Source: an uncultured Pseudomonadota bacterium (lineage in GTDB: Bacteria > Oederibacteriota > Muellerivitia > Muellerivitales > Muellerivitaceae). Taken from it: DNA of 64,000 nucleotides. Every line of letters begins with the position of its first letter. Positions within the stretch are counted from its first letter, which is position 1. The DNA lies in assembly GCA_963843375.1 (NCBI GenBank), contig CAWJKT010000015.1, positions 102,396-166,395 on the forward strand, in the 5' to 3' direction. A program made the position numbers and the translations under genes. Below the pieces are notes generated by a model that was not told the origin of the DNA, did not search any database, and worked only from the letters and a program-made list of their open reading frames with translations. Below, piece by piece: positions 1 to 10,700 of this stretch.

Positions 1-1
1 C

Positions 2-58
2 CGTCGTTTGGAAAGGGTTCTTGAAAAGCTCAGTGGTGTGAAAATTGATGAAGAGTGA
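2..58 (+). CDS. 3' end of upstream gene, probably LpxD (partial)
   Basis: Open frame [18 protein letters not shown] overlapping the lpxC start; identity inferred only from the usual lpxD-lpxC-fabZ-lpxA order. Confidence 0.4.
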   Translation, partial: RRLERVLEKLSGVKIDEE

Positions 59-860
59 TTTCGGGACAAGATTCCAAAAAACGATTGATCACCCCTTCTC
101 TTTCGAAGGAGTGGGGTTGCACACAGGCGATACCTGTCGTGTTAAGGTATCCCCATTGCCAGAAGGATCAGGTATTTGTTTTTATAGATCCGACTTAAAT
201 GCCAATATTCCTGTAACGCCCGAGGCTGTTTCCAGCACAGCCCGGGGAACAACCCTCGTGGGGGAAAAAAAAGCAACTGTTCAAACGATCGAGCATTTTT
301 TGGCGACCATTCACGGGTTTGGAATCAACAACCTCAAGATTGATATGGATTCAGAAGAAATGCCCATTCTGGATGGGAGCGCCGCCTCTTTTTGCGATTT
401 TTTTAAAAAAGCAGGTGTAGTCGAACAAAAAAAACAAATATCACCCTTGAAGGTTACCGAAACCATTGAACTGAGCTATGGTGATGTTTATTTAAAAGCG
501 GAGCCGGCAGACGGACTTGAACTGGATGTGACGATTTCTTTTCCATATCCGGGTCTTGAAAAACAAAAAAAAGTTTTTCATCTTCCGGAGCAAAATTTTG
601 AAAGTGAATTATCATCTGCTCGTACCTTTTGTTTTGAGGAAGAGATCGAAGAACTTCGTCGGCAAGGTTTGATAAAAGGCGGGGATTTAAGTTGTGCCTT
701 AGTGATTGGGAATAAAGGCGTTTTAAATGGTCCCTATCGTTTTGAAGATGAAATTGTGCGGCATAAAACTCTTGATTTGCTGGGCGACTTAATGCTTTTG
801 AATCGCCCTTTGTTGGCTAAGGTTACGGTTCGGAAAGGCCGGCCACCGTTACCATGTTGA
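48..860 (+). CDS. lpxC: UDP-3-O-acyl-GlcNAc deacetylase LpxC (frameshift at ~834; corrected frame runs into fabZ)
   Basis: [27 protein letters not shown] and [10 protein letters not shown] motifs; the C-terminal KAGH segment is in the +1 frame. Confidence 0.95.
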   Translation: MKSDFGTRFQKTIDHPFSFEGVGLHTGDTCRVKVSPLPEGSGICFYRSDLNANIPVTPEAVSSTARGTTLVGEKKATVQTIEHFLATIHGFGINNLKIDMDSEEMPILDGSAASFCDFFKKAGVVEQKKQISPLKVTETIELSYGDVYLKAEPADGLELDVTISFPYPGLEKQKKVFHLPEQNFESELSSARTFCFEEEIEELRRQGLIKGGDLSCALVIGNKGVLNGPYRFEDEIVRHKTLDLLGDLMLLNRPLLAKVTVRKGRPPLPC

Positions 861-939
861 ATTAGCCAAAGCCCTCCTGGAAAAATTCGGGAATGGGACC
901 AAAAGCATAAAAACCATATCAAAATCAAAAGAGGAGACA

Positions 940-1392
940 ATGTTAGATATTCTTGAAATACAAAAAATCTTGCCACACCGATATCCTTTTTTATTGGTCG
1001 ACCGGATTTTGGAACTGGAACCGAATAAAAGGGTGGTGGGAATTAAAAACGTTACGGCCAATGAACCTTTTTTTCAGGGACATTTTCCAGGTCACCCCAT
1101 CATGCCAGGGGTTTTAATTATTGAGGCTATGGCCCAAGTCGGCGGAATTGCACTTTTGAATAGTGGGGGCGAAAATCTTGGAAAAATTCTGTATCTGGCG
1201 GGAATTGATAATGCCCGATTTCGAAAACCCATTACGCCTGGGGATCAGATCCGCTTTGAGATCGATGTTTTGTTTAATCGAGGAAAAATCGCGAAGGTTT
1301 CAGGTAAAGCATTAGTGGATAGCCAATTAGCGGTGGAAGCCGAAATTACCTGCGCGATTGTTGAGAAGAACGCCCCCAAAAAGGAAAACTAA
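940..1392 (+). CDS. fabZ: 3-hydroxyacyl-ACP dehydratase FabZ (probably C-terminal domain of an LpxC-FabZ fusion)
   Basis: [35 protein letters not shown]. Confidence 0.97.
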   Translation: MLDILEIQKILPHRYPFLLVDRILELEPNKRVVGIKNVTANEPFFQGHFPGHPIMPGVLIIEAMAQVGGIALLNSGGENLGKILYLAGIDNARFRKPITPGDQIRFEIDVLFNRGKIAKVSGKALVDSQLAVEAEITCAIVEKNAPKKEN

Positions 1393-2178
1393 GTGCCTGT
1401 GTCATCGGTAAAAATTCATCCGACGGCCATTGTTGATGCGAAAGCTCATCTTGAGGATGGCGTCATAGTGGGGCCCTATTCGATTATTGATGAATATGTT
1501 TCGATAGGTGAAGGAACATCCATTGGACCCCATTGTGTCATTACGGGTCACACGGCCATTGGCAAAAGAAACAGGATTTTCTCGGGAGCGATCATCGGTA
1601 GCGAACCACAGGATGTGAAATACCACGGAGAAGAAACTTACCTTGAAATAGGTGATGATAATGTTATTCGAGAACATGCCACAATTAATCCAGGGACTGG
1701 AGAGGGGTCGAAAACTGTAATCGGGAACGATAATTGGATAATGATCCAAGCTCACGTTGGCCATAATTGTTTTATTCAAAATCATGTAAAGCTGGCGAAT
1801 GGGGTAATGCTGGGAGGGCACGCGGTTATTGAGGACTATGCCACCGTGGGTGGAGGAACACCGGTGCATCAATTTGTTCGAATTGGGCGTTTTGCAATGA
1901 TTGGTGGCGGGTTTCGGGTGGTTCAAGATGTTGTTCCATTTATGATGGCCGGGGATGAGCCTTTACGTATTTATGGACTAAATCAGGTAGGGTTGGAACG
2001 AAACAATGTTTCAAAAGAATCGATTGAATGGTTAAAGAAGGCCCACAAAATTATTTTTCGCCAAAAATTAACGACAAAAGAAGCGGTTCAAGTTCTTTCA
2101 ACGGAATTTCCTCCCAGTGAAGAAGTGAAGCATCTTATTGAATTTCTCTCTACCTCTGACCGCGGGATCGTTAGGTAA
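1393..2178 (+). CDS. lpxA: UDP-N-acetylglucosamine acyltransferase LpxA
   Basis: IHPTAIV, hexapeptide repeats, PQDVKY, HQFVRIG, ends RGIVR. Confidence 0.97.
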   Translation: MPVSSVKIHPTAIVDAKAHLEDGVIVGPYSIIDEYVSIGEGTSIGPHCVITGHTAIGKRNRIFSGAIIGSEPQDVKYHGEETYLEIGDDNVIREHATINPGTGEGSKTVIGNDNWIMIQAHVGHNCFIQNHVKLANGVMLGGHAVIEDYATVGGGTPVHQFVRIGRFAMIGGGFRVVQDVVPFMMAGDEPLRIYGLNQVGLERNNVSKESIEWLKKAHKIIFRQKLTTKEAVQVLSTEFPPSEEVKHLIEFLSTSDRGIVR

Positions 2179-2180
2179 AT

Positions 2181-2990
2181 ATGCTGGCACCTTCCTCCAT
2201 TGGTTTAATCGCGGGGGAAGGAGAGTTGCCTTTTTACTTTGCGCGTCGCGCAAAAGAAAAAAGGTTTGTCCTCAAGACAGTTGCGATACGAGGTGCGGCT
2301 TCCCCTGATATTGAAAAACTAAGCGACGAAATTGTATGGTTGTCCCTTGGACAGCTGGGATCACTTCTTTCATTTTTTAAAAAACAAGGCGTCAATCGTG
2401 TTGTTATGCACGGTAAAGTTCAACACTCAAAGCTGTTCAAGAATCTGCGGTTGGATTGGAAGGCTCTTTCCGTCTGGACGCGGTTGAAGGATAGGTCCGG
2501 GGAATCTCTTTTGAAGGCAGTGGCCGGTGAATTGGAAAAAAATAAAATACAACTTTTAGATAGTCGTTATTTGATGGAAGAAACCATTGCCCAGTCTGGT
2601 TGGCTGGGAACTGGGAAAATTGATTTGGATACACGAAAGACCATTTCCTATGGACTTCAAAAAGCCAGGACTTTAGCCAAATCAGGCATCGGTCAGACGC
2701 TCGTGGTCAAACGTAGTGCGGTAGTGGCGGTAGAAGGTATGGAAGGGACAGATGAAACCATTCGCAGAAGTGGAAAGTGGGCCGGGGCAGGCTGCATTAT
2801 GGTGAAGGTCGCCAGTCCTAGGCAGGATTGGCGTTTTGATGTCCCAACCATTGGCTTGAAAACAATTCAAGTGCTAAGCGGGATCAAGGCAAAAGGGTTA
2901 GTGCTGGAAGCCGGGAAAGCTTTTCTTTTAAAAAAGGAAGAGGTTTTGGCCGTCGCAAAGAAAGCCGGATTATTTATTTTTTCGGTTTGA
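2181..2990 (+). CDS. lpxI: UDP-2,3-diacylglucosamine diphosphatase LpxI
   Basis: GLIAGEGELP, IGQT, AVEGMEGTD, QDWRFDVPTIG; directly after lpxA. Confidence 0.93.
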   Translation: MLAPSSIGLIAGEGELPFYFARRAKEKRFVLKTVAIRGAASPDIEKLSDEIVWLSLGQLGSLLSFFKKQGVNRVVMHGKVQHSKLFKNLRLDWKALSVWTRLKDRSGESLLKAVAGELEKNKIQLLDSRYLMEETIAQSGWLGTGKIDLDTRKTISYGLQKARTLAKSGIGQTLVVKRSAVVAVEGMEGTDETIRRSGKWAGAGCIMVKVASPRQDWRFDVPTIGLKTIQVLSGIKAKGLVLEAGKAFLLKKEEVLAVAKKAGLFIFSV

Positions 2991-3033
2991 TTTCAAAAAA
3001 TTCATTGAAAGATCGAATTTCAATCCCAGTTAT

Positions 3034-4122
3034 TTATCGATTCTTCCAAGCGAGCATTATCGGGACAAGCAAAGCAAAGATAACGTTCACGACCCATACG
3101 GATAGAAAAGGTGAAATGACCCCCGCTTCGCCTAAGTGCTGCCCGATTTGCATTCCCCCCAAATAGACAAAACCTACGGCCATGCTAATTAAGAAACTGG
3201 TCACAACCCCGCTGTATTTTCGCATGGTCCAACCCCATGGAACCCCCAAAATGGCCAAAATGACACATCCGAAGGGAGAAGCGAATTTATAATAGAGTTC
3301 CACTAATTCCTTGTGGCAATCAGAACCATTTCGTTTTAATTGGTTGATGTATGCCACCAACTCCGTGATGTTGAGTTCGTTGGGTTCCTTTTGTTCTTTC
3401 AAAAAGTCACTGGGCTTTTCTGGAAGGGCAAGCGGCATTTTATCAAAAGGTTGGGCGGATATTTCGGCGTCGGAGTCGTCAAAGGTTCGTAAATATCCGT
3501 CGTAAAAAACCCACTGACTGTTCTCGTATTTGGCGGCTTTTGCATCTAGGCGGGATTCCAGGTGGCTATTGGGGCCGAATTCCAAAATAAGGATGTCTGA
3601 TAAGGTGTTAGTGGTTCCGTCGAAAGCACCAATGTGATAGAGCTGGCCTCCGACGCCGATCATTGAAATGTCTTGCCGAAACTTATTGGTTTCGGTTTCG
3701 GGTTGATGCAATATTTCCACGGATTTGATCCGTCGTTTCAAAGCCTCGGCCTTAGGGACCACCAGTTCATTGAATAAAATGCTTGAGACACAAATGATTA
3801 TTCCTGATAAAAATAACGGAATGGCCACGTAATAAATATTGATTCCGCCTGCCCTCATGGCAATAAGCTCGTTTCCTTTGGAAAGCCCGCTTAAAGAAAA
3901 AAGTACCCCAAACAAGCAAGCGATAGGGATGATCTGGATAATAAAACTCGGAATATGAAAAGAAAAATATTTAAGTGTCACCAAAAAATTAGGTTTGAAT
4001 TCCATGATGAGATGCATATCGTTAAAAATTTGAACTAGGAGAAAAAGCACGCTGAATCCCGCGGTGGCCAGAAAGAAAGGTTTTAGGAACTCGTTTAAAA
4101 TATATCGAGTAAGAATTTTCAT
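3034..4122 (-). CDS. lptG: LPS export ABC transporter permease LptG
   Basis: YjgP/YjgQ-family layout, NELIAMRAGG; downstream partner of lptF. Confidence 0.88.
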   Translation of the reverse strand: MKILTRYILNEFLKPFFLATAGFSVLFLLVQIFNDMHLIMEFKPNFLVTLKYFSFHIPSFIIQIIPIACLFGVLFSLSGLSKGNELIAMRAGGINIYYVAIPLFLSGIIICVSSILFNELVVPKAEALKRRIKSVEILHQPETETNKFRQDISMIGVGGQLYHIGAFDGTTNTLSDILILEFGPNSHLESRLDAKAAKYENSQWVFYDGYLRTFDDSDAEISAQPFDKMPLALPEKPSDFLKEQKEPNELNITELVAYINQLKRNGSDCHKELVELYYKFASPFGCVILAILGVPWGWTMRKYSGVVTSFLISMAVGFVYLGGMQIGQHLGEAGVISPFLSVWVVNVIFALLVPIMLAWKNR

Positions 4123-5283
4123 CTAGGCGACGGCCTTTCGATTAAATCTTTTTTTGCGGATTGAGGAAACCCGGCGTCTAAAGGCCGAGTGTTCGGAAAT
4201 CACAATGTAATAAATCACAATACCCGCGACAGCCAAAATAATATTGGCGCCCCAAAGACCTAGAAAAGGATCGATTTTTCCATCGTTACTCAAAGTCTGG
4301 CCAAACATGAACATTAAGTAATAGGCGAAAATCATGGCCAAACCCAGGACAAATCCCATAAATCCCTTGGATCGAGTCCAAAGACCCAAAGGAGCACAAA
4401 ACCAGGTTAGCACCAAACAGGCAAATGGGAGAGCAAGGCGTTTTTGGTATTCGGTTTTAAGGTAGTTCAGTCGTCCCGGATCGGTTTCGTGTGGAATCGC
4501 GCGTTCTATTTCATGCAAGTCCATTTCCTCGTAATCTTTCTTGACGTCGGTTAGTCCAGCCAATTGATTTTCCAATTTTAATCGGATGATATAATGTTCG
4601 AAGTAAAGTTGGTTGTAAGTATGATAGTGATTGTTGTCCCAACTCATGACGCCGTTATTCAAATGGAAAAAAACTTGGTAGGATTTTTGATCGGTATCGA
4701 GTGTTCCAGTCTTGGCAAGAGTGGTTTGTACTGAAGAGTTTGAAGACCAATGGTCAAAGACTTTCACGTCTGAAAAGAGGCCGTCCGGATCCCTTCGGTC
4801 GATATAAAACTTGTGTCCCTCGAACTGGTCAATAAAAACTCTTTCTCGGATTGCGACATCCGCCTTTTTCTTGACAATGTTAAATTCAATTTTTTTGACC
4901 ATAAACTGTGCGGCCGGAAGGACTTTATCATTGAAGTAAAGCATCAGACAGGTCATAAGAAGGCCAAACAGAAGGATTGGGGAAATGAGATGAAATAGGT
5001 GGCCTCCACCACTTTTGAAAGCCGTGACTTCCATGTCAGAACTTAATCTTCCGAAAGCAAGAAGGGTTCCTACCATCATGGCCATAGGAATGGTCAGCGA
5101 GAGTATCAAGGGCAGAAGGCTGACGTAGAGGAGTAAGGTCTCGGAAATAGAGACCTTTTTATTGAGGACCAAATCCAGGGACAAGAAAATTTTGTTGATC
5201 ATAAAAAGAAAAGTCAAAATAGCGACGCATAAAAGAAAAGACGGCAACATTTCCATGAGAACGTAGCGATAAATAGTTTTCAT
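4123..5283 (-). CDS. lptF: LPS export ABC transporter permease LptF
   Basis: GRLSSDMEVTAFKSGG, EYQKRLALPFACL; YjgP/YjgQ family. Confidence 0.88.
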   Translation of the reverse strand: MKTIYRYVLMEMLPSFLLCVAILTFLFMINKIFLSLDLVLNKKVSISETLLLYVSLLPLILSLTIPMAMMVGTLLAFGRLSSDMEVTAFKSGGGHLFHLISPILLFGLLMTCLMLYFNDKVLPAAQFMVKKIEFNIVKKKADVAIRERVFIDQFEGHKFYIDRRDPDGLFSDVKVFDHWSSNSSVQTTLAKTGTLDTDQKSYQVFFHLNNGVMSWDNNHYHTYNQLYFEHYIIRLKLENQLAGLTDVKKDYEEMDLHEIERAIPHETDPGRLNYLKTEYQKRLALPFACLVLTWFCAPLGLWTRSKGFMGFVLGLAMIFAYYLMFMFGQTLSNDGKIDPFLGLWGANIILAVAGIVIYYIVISEHSAFRRRVSSIRKKRFNRKAVA

Positions 5284-5411
5284 TCAAATCCTGAGCAATT
5301 CATGCCCTCTGGCGCCCGGAATAGGCCGAAGGTTTAATGTGCCTAGCCTTCAATTAAATTGATTTTCGGCATGTGATCGAAGACAAGGGGCAGACAAGGT
5401 GAATCGCCGTC

Positions 5412-5420
5412 AGTATAACA
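5412..5420 (-). promoter_or_regulatory. Extended -10 promoter for lptFG
   Basis: TG-T-TATACT on the minus strand ~125 nt upstream of the lptF ATG. Confidence 0.55.
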
Positions 5421-5511
5421 TAGGGTTTTCGCCCTTTTAGGTCCCTTTTCCGTCCATTCGAGAGTTCTCCGAACCATTCACAACCAAGATGAGATATTTT
5501 TACTTTAGGGC

Positions 5512-5604
5512 ATCAGCCCTCATCTTCCGGATTCACCCGGTGATGGAAGGGCTGATATTGGGCAACGTCCGGGCCGATTGAAAGATTGGCCCGGCGTTAT
5601 TTTT
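5512..5604 (+). ncRNA. Candidate two-hairpin small RNA or leader ending in a terminator-like stem
   Basis: Stem 5512-5520/5548-5556; stem 5569-5579/5584-5594 with GAAA tetraloop then ATTTTT; TACTTT -10 at 5501-5506. Confidence 0.4.
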
Positions 5605-5642
5605 AAAAGCGTCTCATCCTCCAAAAACAATAAGGAAATGGA

Positions 5643-6929
5643 ATGGAAAAGGTCAAAAATAGCCCATGGAACTTTCCGAGAATTGATATCATTTCAAAAG
5701 ATGTTTCTTTTCCGGGTAAGATATCCCGTTTTTCGACCCAAGATGCCGGAAACCTCATCAATCGGAAAGAATGGACCATGAACAAAGCATGGAAAAAAAT
5801 ATTTTTACTAGATTTTGAGAAATCTTTTTTTTCTTCTTGCGGAAAATTGCTTCTTATTTGGAATCCTCTTTGGACTTTGATTGTGACCATTGCTTTAGGA
5901 AACCATTCCCTTACTTCAATCCTTTTTAGGTGGGGCTGGAATTTTTTGGAAGCCTCACTCGTTTGCTTCATGGGGCTCGCGGTGATACGGGTTTATCTTT
6001 TGGTTGAAAATATTTGGGCTATTAAATCCTCAAAAAATCAACCCCGCCACGGGACAGGCTGGTACATGTTTTTCCTGGCCTTCCTGGCGCCACCTGGATT
6101 GTTTATAGCGGTTCGATTAATGGTTGCCGGAATAAATTATTTTTATGCCGGTGCGCCGATCGCTCCAAGCTTTCAATGGGAATATTACGGAACGGAAATA
6201 TTTTGGGTTTGGGCGCTTTTGCTGGTTTGCTTTTTGTTTATGTCTTGGCAGGATTTGCGCGATTCGGTCCAAAGAAATCAACTTCGAGCGGAGGAACTGG
6301 AAAAAGAGAGGCTTCATGCCTTATTAACCAAGTTAAAAGACCAAATGAACCCGCATTTTCTTTTTAATACTTTGAACACGGTGGCATCCTTAATCCCGGC
6401 GGATCCTGCCAAAGCGGAGCAAGTGGTGATTAAGCTTTCCACTCTTTTTCAAGGCGTTTTAACTGCCACAAGAAGAACCCACCACCCACTGGAAAAGGAA
6501 TTGGAGTTTTGTCGTGACTATCTTGATATAGAAAAAGTCCGTTTTGGATCGCGCTTGGAGTCCCATATTCATGTTGAAAAGGATTTGGATCCGGCGAGAG
6601 TTCTTATCCCGGTTTTGTTGCTTCAACCATTAGTTGAGAATTCTGTCAAACACGGTCTTTCATCCCGGGCGACGGGAGGTCACCTTTGGATCAACGCGTG
6701 CTTGGCCAACGGTAATATGAAATTGAGTGTGGAGGATGATGGAGTCGGTTTTGGAAATTCCCCCTATTCGGGTTCAGGAACAGCTTTGGAAAATTGTAGA
6801 AAAAGGTTGGAGTTGGGTTTTGGAAAAGACGGGAAAATGGAGATTGTCCCTAGGGATAACGGGGGAACAAGAGTGACATTGATTTTACCGGTAATGAACG
6901 TTGATCTTTCGGATGAGGTGGAAAAATGA
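5643..6929 (+). CDS. LytS/YehU-family membrane sensor histidine kinase (alternative start 5778)
   Basis: About four TM segments, QMNPHFLFNTLN H-box, LLQPLVENSVKHG, VEDDGVG. Confidence 0.92.
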   Translation: MEKVKNSPWNFPRIDIISKDVSFPGKISRFSTQDAGNLINRKEWTMNKAWKKIFLLDFEKSFFSSCGKLLLIWNPLWTLIVTIALGNHSLTSILFRWGWNFLEASLVCFMGLAVIRVYLLVENIWAIKSSKNQPRHGTGWYMFFLAFLAPPGLFIAVRLMVAGINYFYAGAPIAPSFQWEYYGTEIFWVWALLLVCFLFMSWQDLRDSVQRNQLRAEELEKERLHALLTKLKDQMNPHFLFNTLNTVASLIPADPAKAEQVVIKLSTLFQGVLTATRRTHHPLEKELEFCRDYLDIEKVRFGSRLESHIHVEKDLDPARVLIPVLLLQPLVENSVKHGLSSRATGGHLWINACLANGNMKLSVEDDGVGFGNSPYSGSGTALENCRKRLELGFGKDGKMEIVPRDNGGTRVTLILPVMNVDLSDEVEK

Positions 6930-7675
6930 TCAAGGTTATGATCGTGGACGATGAAACCCCGGCGCGTACGCGCCTCGCTAGAATGCTCTCCACTTTCAAA
7001 GATATTGAAGTTGTTTCTGAGGCCTCCAACGGATTGGAGGCTTTGCAGATTGCCGAAAATCTAAAACCGGACTTGGCTTTTCTTGATATTGAAATGCCCG
7101 AACTTAATGGTTTGGAAGTGGCAGAAGCTTGGGGGGGAGGAGGCCCGATGGTGGTTTTTGTAACGGCTTATAGTGAGCATGCTTTGAAGGCCTTTGAACT
7201 TTCGGCGTTGGATTATTTGGTAAAACCCGTTTCCACGGAAAGGCTGACCGAAACAATTGAACGGATAAGAAAAAGAAAAAATCCAACCCCATTGGGGAAC
7301 ATTCAGAAGTTTCTTGAGAAATTGGAAGAGGGAAGAGTGAAACGGCGAATGGCGGTCAAATGTGGGGCTAAGTACCGTGTTTTCGACCCAGCCCAAGTTT
7401 CAGCCGTGATCGCACGGGATCATTACGCTGTTATTTTGCTGGAAGGGCAAGAACTTTTGGCGGATGACAGTCTAGATACTTTGGCTCAAAGGCTGGACTC
7501 CGGACGTTTCTTGCGGATTCACCGCAGCGCCATTATCAATCTGGATTTTCTTAAAGAATTGGAACACGAAGGCGACCGAAAATATCTGGCGATTTTATCT
7601 GACGCAGTCAAAACACGTTTGCCTGTCAGCCGAGAACGATTGGACGAATTGAAAAAAGTATTGAACTTGGATTGA
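6926..7675 (+). CDS. LytTR-family response regulator
   Basis: Receiver VDDE..FLDIEMP..FVTAY..DYLVKP plus LytTR FLRIHRSAIIN; ATGA overlap with the kinase. Confidence 0.95.
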   Translation: MIKVMIVDDETPARTRLARMLSTFKDIEVVSEASNGLEALQIAENLKPDLAFLDIEMPELNGLEVAEAWGGGGPMVVFVTAYSEHALKAFELSALDYLVKPVSTERLTETIERIRKRKNPTPLGNIQKFLEKLEEGRVKRRMAVKCGAKYRVFDPAQVSAVIARDHYAVILLEGQELLADDSLDTLAQRLDSGRFLRIHRSAIINLDFLKELEHEGDRKYLAILSDAVKTRLPVSRERLDELKKVLNLD

Positions 7676-7784
7676 AGACGATGAAACACACTTTTTGTTA
7701 CATGTGGGGAAATTGTTCTGGAGTGAGCCCGGTTTTTTATTATGGTTATAACGTTTTCTGGCCATTTTTTAAAAGGATTAATGA

Positions 7785-10700
7785 ATGTGGTTTTCCAACA
7801 TATACTTCTATGCAATAACCACAATTAAAAGCCTCCGGCTATTATTCGCTTTTTTTCTGCTGGTTTTGACGGCTAAGGGACTTGAGGCTCAAACAGCGGG
7901 TGTAACAAATTCTTCGGGTTCCGTAACGGCAATTCAAAGCGCTTCGGCCCCTGCTACCGATTTGTCCGTTAGTCCACAGGAAGAAATCCAAATTTTGGAC
8001 GCTATCGAGGCCCAATCGAATACCATTTCGGCTGGTTCTACTGCCCAAGGAACCACGGTTTCCACAAATAACCAAGGCCAATCCATTGCGGGCCTTAACT
8101 CCAATTCTTCTTCAGTTTCGGTTTCTTCTCCGACTCCTATTGCGATGAGTTATGCTCCGCCATCCGAACCCACGGGATTGAGTTTCTTGATTCTGAAAGA
8201 AGGCATTTATCTCTCTTGGGCGGCAGCTTCGGCTAATTCAGCTGTCACGGCATATAATGTTTTCCGTTCCACAACCCCTGGGTTTGGATATAAAAAGGTT
8301 AATCTAACGCCATTGACTGCGCCTTATTTTCTGGATGGCGCCCAAAACAGCCTTTCACCCCCCCATAATGGGGAAGACTATTTTTACGTCATTACTTCCA
8401 ACGATTCCCAAGGCAATATCAGTCCTTATTCCGACGAAATAGCGGTAACGCCCGAAGGCATGGAGATACCTGAAACGGAGGAGGAAAAAGAGGCTCGGAA
8501 ACCCAAATCGAAGCCAACGCCCGAGGCTGAAAAGGTTCTTAATATACCGGATAAAATTAATATACAACTTCCTGCCGACACCTCACTTGCCATTCAGGGA
8601 TACAAAAAAGTAGACATCCTTATGGCTTTCCAGGATTTCGACCGCCCAGCAATCAATGGAGTTTTACCGGAAGTGAACACGACCACCGTCAATCAAGAAT
8701 TAGTCGTGACTTTGCAGGGAAAAGTGGGGAAAAACGTCGACGTGAACGTTGATTACAGCGATGTCAACCGGGCAGGGGGCGTGGACCAGACTAAGCAGGA
8801 TATTTCTATCAAGTACCACGGGGACACAGATAGCGCTATCCAGGAGGTGGACTTCGGAGATCTACAACTTGTATTGCCTAACACGGAATTTGCGGGTTTC
8901 AGCAAAGAGTTGTTCGGCCTCGAGGCCAAAGTCAAAGTCGACCAACTCAACCTGACCACCTTTTTCGCTCAAACAAAGGGTATCTCTGAAACGAAAGTCT
9001 TCCAGGGGAACGCTACCCAAAACGACATGTATATCCAGGATATAAGTTATGTTCCTTATAAATACTTCCTAATGACTCGAGATTACAAGGCCTATACCGA
9101 TCCGACGTCAGGACAAACGGTAAATGGGGCCGGGCCGCAAAATAGCACGGAACAGATTTGGGTGGACCCGGGAACCGGAGTGATTAATCCTCTTGGACCC
9201 AATTTCAATGGGCTTTTCGAGCATTGGCTACCGGGCCGGGATTACACGGTTGATTATTCAACCGGTATTATTACCTTCATTCGAGGGTTATCCCAATCCT
9301 CCCGGATCGCGGTATGTTTCCAAAGAAAATATGACGGGGCTTACATCGGGTTTGCCCCTGGTTCTACCACAACCATTGATCTCTCAAGCGCCAGTTTGTA
9401 TGTGCCGGATGATGGAATTGTGGGAAGGATTCCCCCGCCACCAATTGATCCTGGAAAAACGGTTGAGGGACATTTAATTAAAGATAACAACAACAGTACA
9501 GGAGGAACCTCCGCTACAGCTGTCGCCCTGAGCCCCAACTATCTGGTGAATTACTTTAATTTGGGAACCAACAAAATCACTCCCCCTCAAGAGGATCCCA
9601 ATTTCATGTTCCAAGTCATTTCTCAGGGCACCAATAACGTCTTACAAACGGGACAAGGGGTCACGGCAGTGGGGGCCACTAATCCCTGGGTATACACCGT
9701 GAATTTGGATTTTAACTATCTGACGGTCACTAATTCGAACTTTTACATAGCCCCTGGAACCATTCCCCCGGTGCCGAATGCTGCCACCTCCTTCCTTTGG
9801 CCTGAACGGCCTTTCGCCAATTTGGATACGACCGGCGGTTCCAGTTCAAGCAACACCCCCACGGACGTTTATGACCAGACCACAAGTCCAACCAGCCTCT
9901 ATTCGATTCACATCCGATATAAAACCCAATTAAATTTCTACCAGATGGGTCGCTTCAATATCATTCGTGGAAGCGAGTCGGTTTATCTCGACGGTCGCAA
10001 ACTGCAAAGAGACGTGGATTACACTTTCGATTACACCTCGGGATTTCTGGATTTTGTCAACAAGAGCATCCTGACGCCCGCCAGTCAGGTTGTCGTTACC
10101 TATGAATACGCTCCCTTTGGTACTTTCAGCGCCGATAACATCCTAGGAGCCCGGGCCGAATATGACGTTAACGACCATTTTTTTATTGGGTCCACTTTTC
10201 TGGAAAGTGACGCTCAACAACCTATTGATGTCCCGCAAATCGGTTCCACACCTGATTCCCTAACTCTCTTCGATGCGGATGCGAAATTAGATCTTTTGTC
10301 GGAGGATGTTCAATCTATTACCGGCATTATTCCGGGTTTGGAAAGCTGGAAGCCGCCTCTGACCATCAAACTATCCGGAGAAATCGCCCAAAGTTTTTAC
10401 AATCCCGATACTTTCAGCGCGGAAGGAGAAAACGGCGTGGCGATGGTGGATAACATGGAAGGCATCGACAGCGTTTCGGGACCATCCATGAATCAAACAA
10501 GCTGGTTGGTCTCATCTGCGCCACAGCCTGTTTTCACGTTCCTCCCGGGTTTGGTACCGGTTGCAGCTTCGGGTCCAAGCAATAACCGAACCCGGTTTTA
10601 TAACGCGGGCGACGTCTAATCCCACCATGACCATTTTCCAGACGATTGGGACCACAAATGCGGTTGGCGGCACATATCAAAATTTCCCGAGTGTTCCTGC

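Noticed and set aside
5489..5581. 30-codon ORF MRYFYFRASALIF... as a signalling peptide for the LytS kinase
   Set aside because: No RBS; it begins upstream of the predicted +1 and overlaps the hairpins
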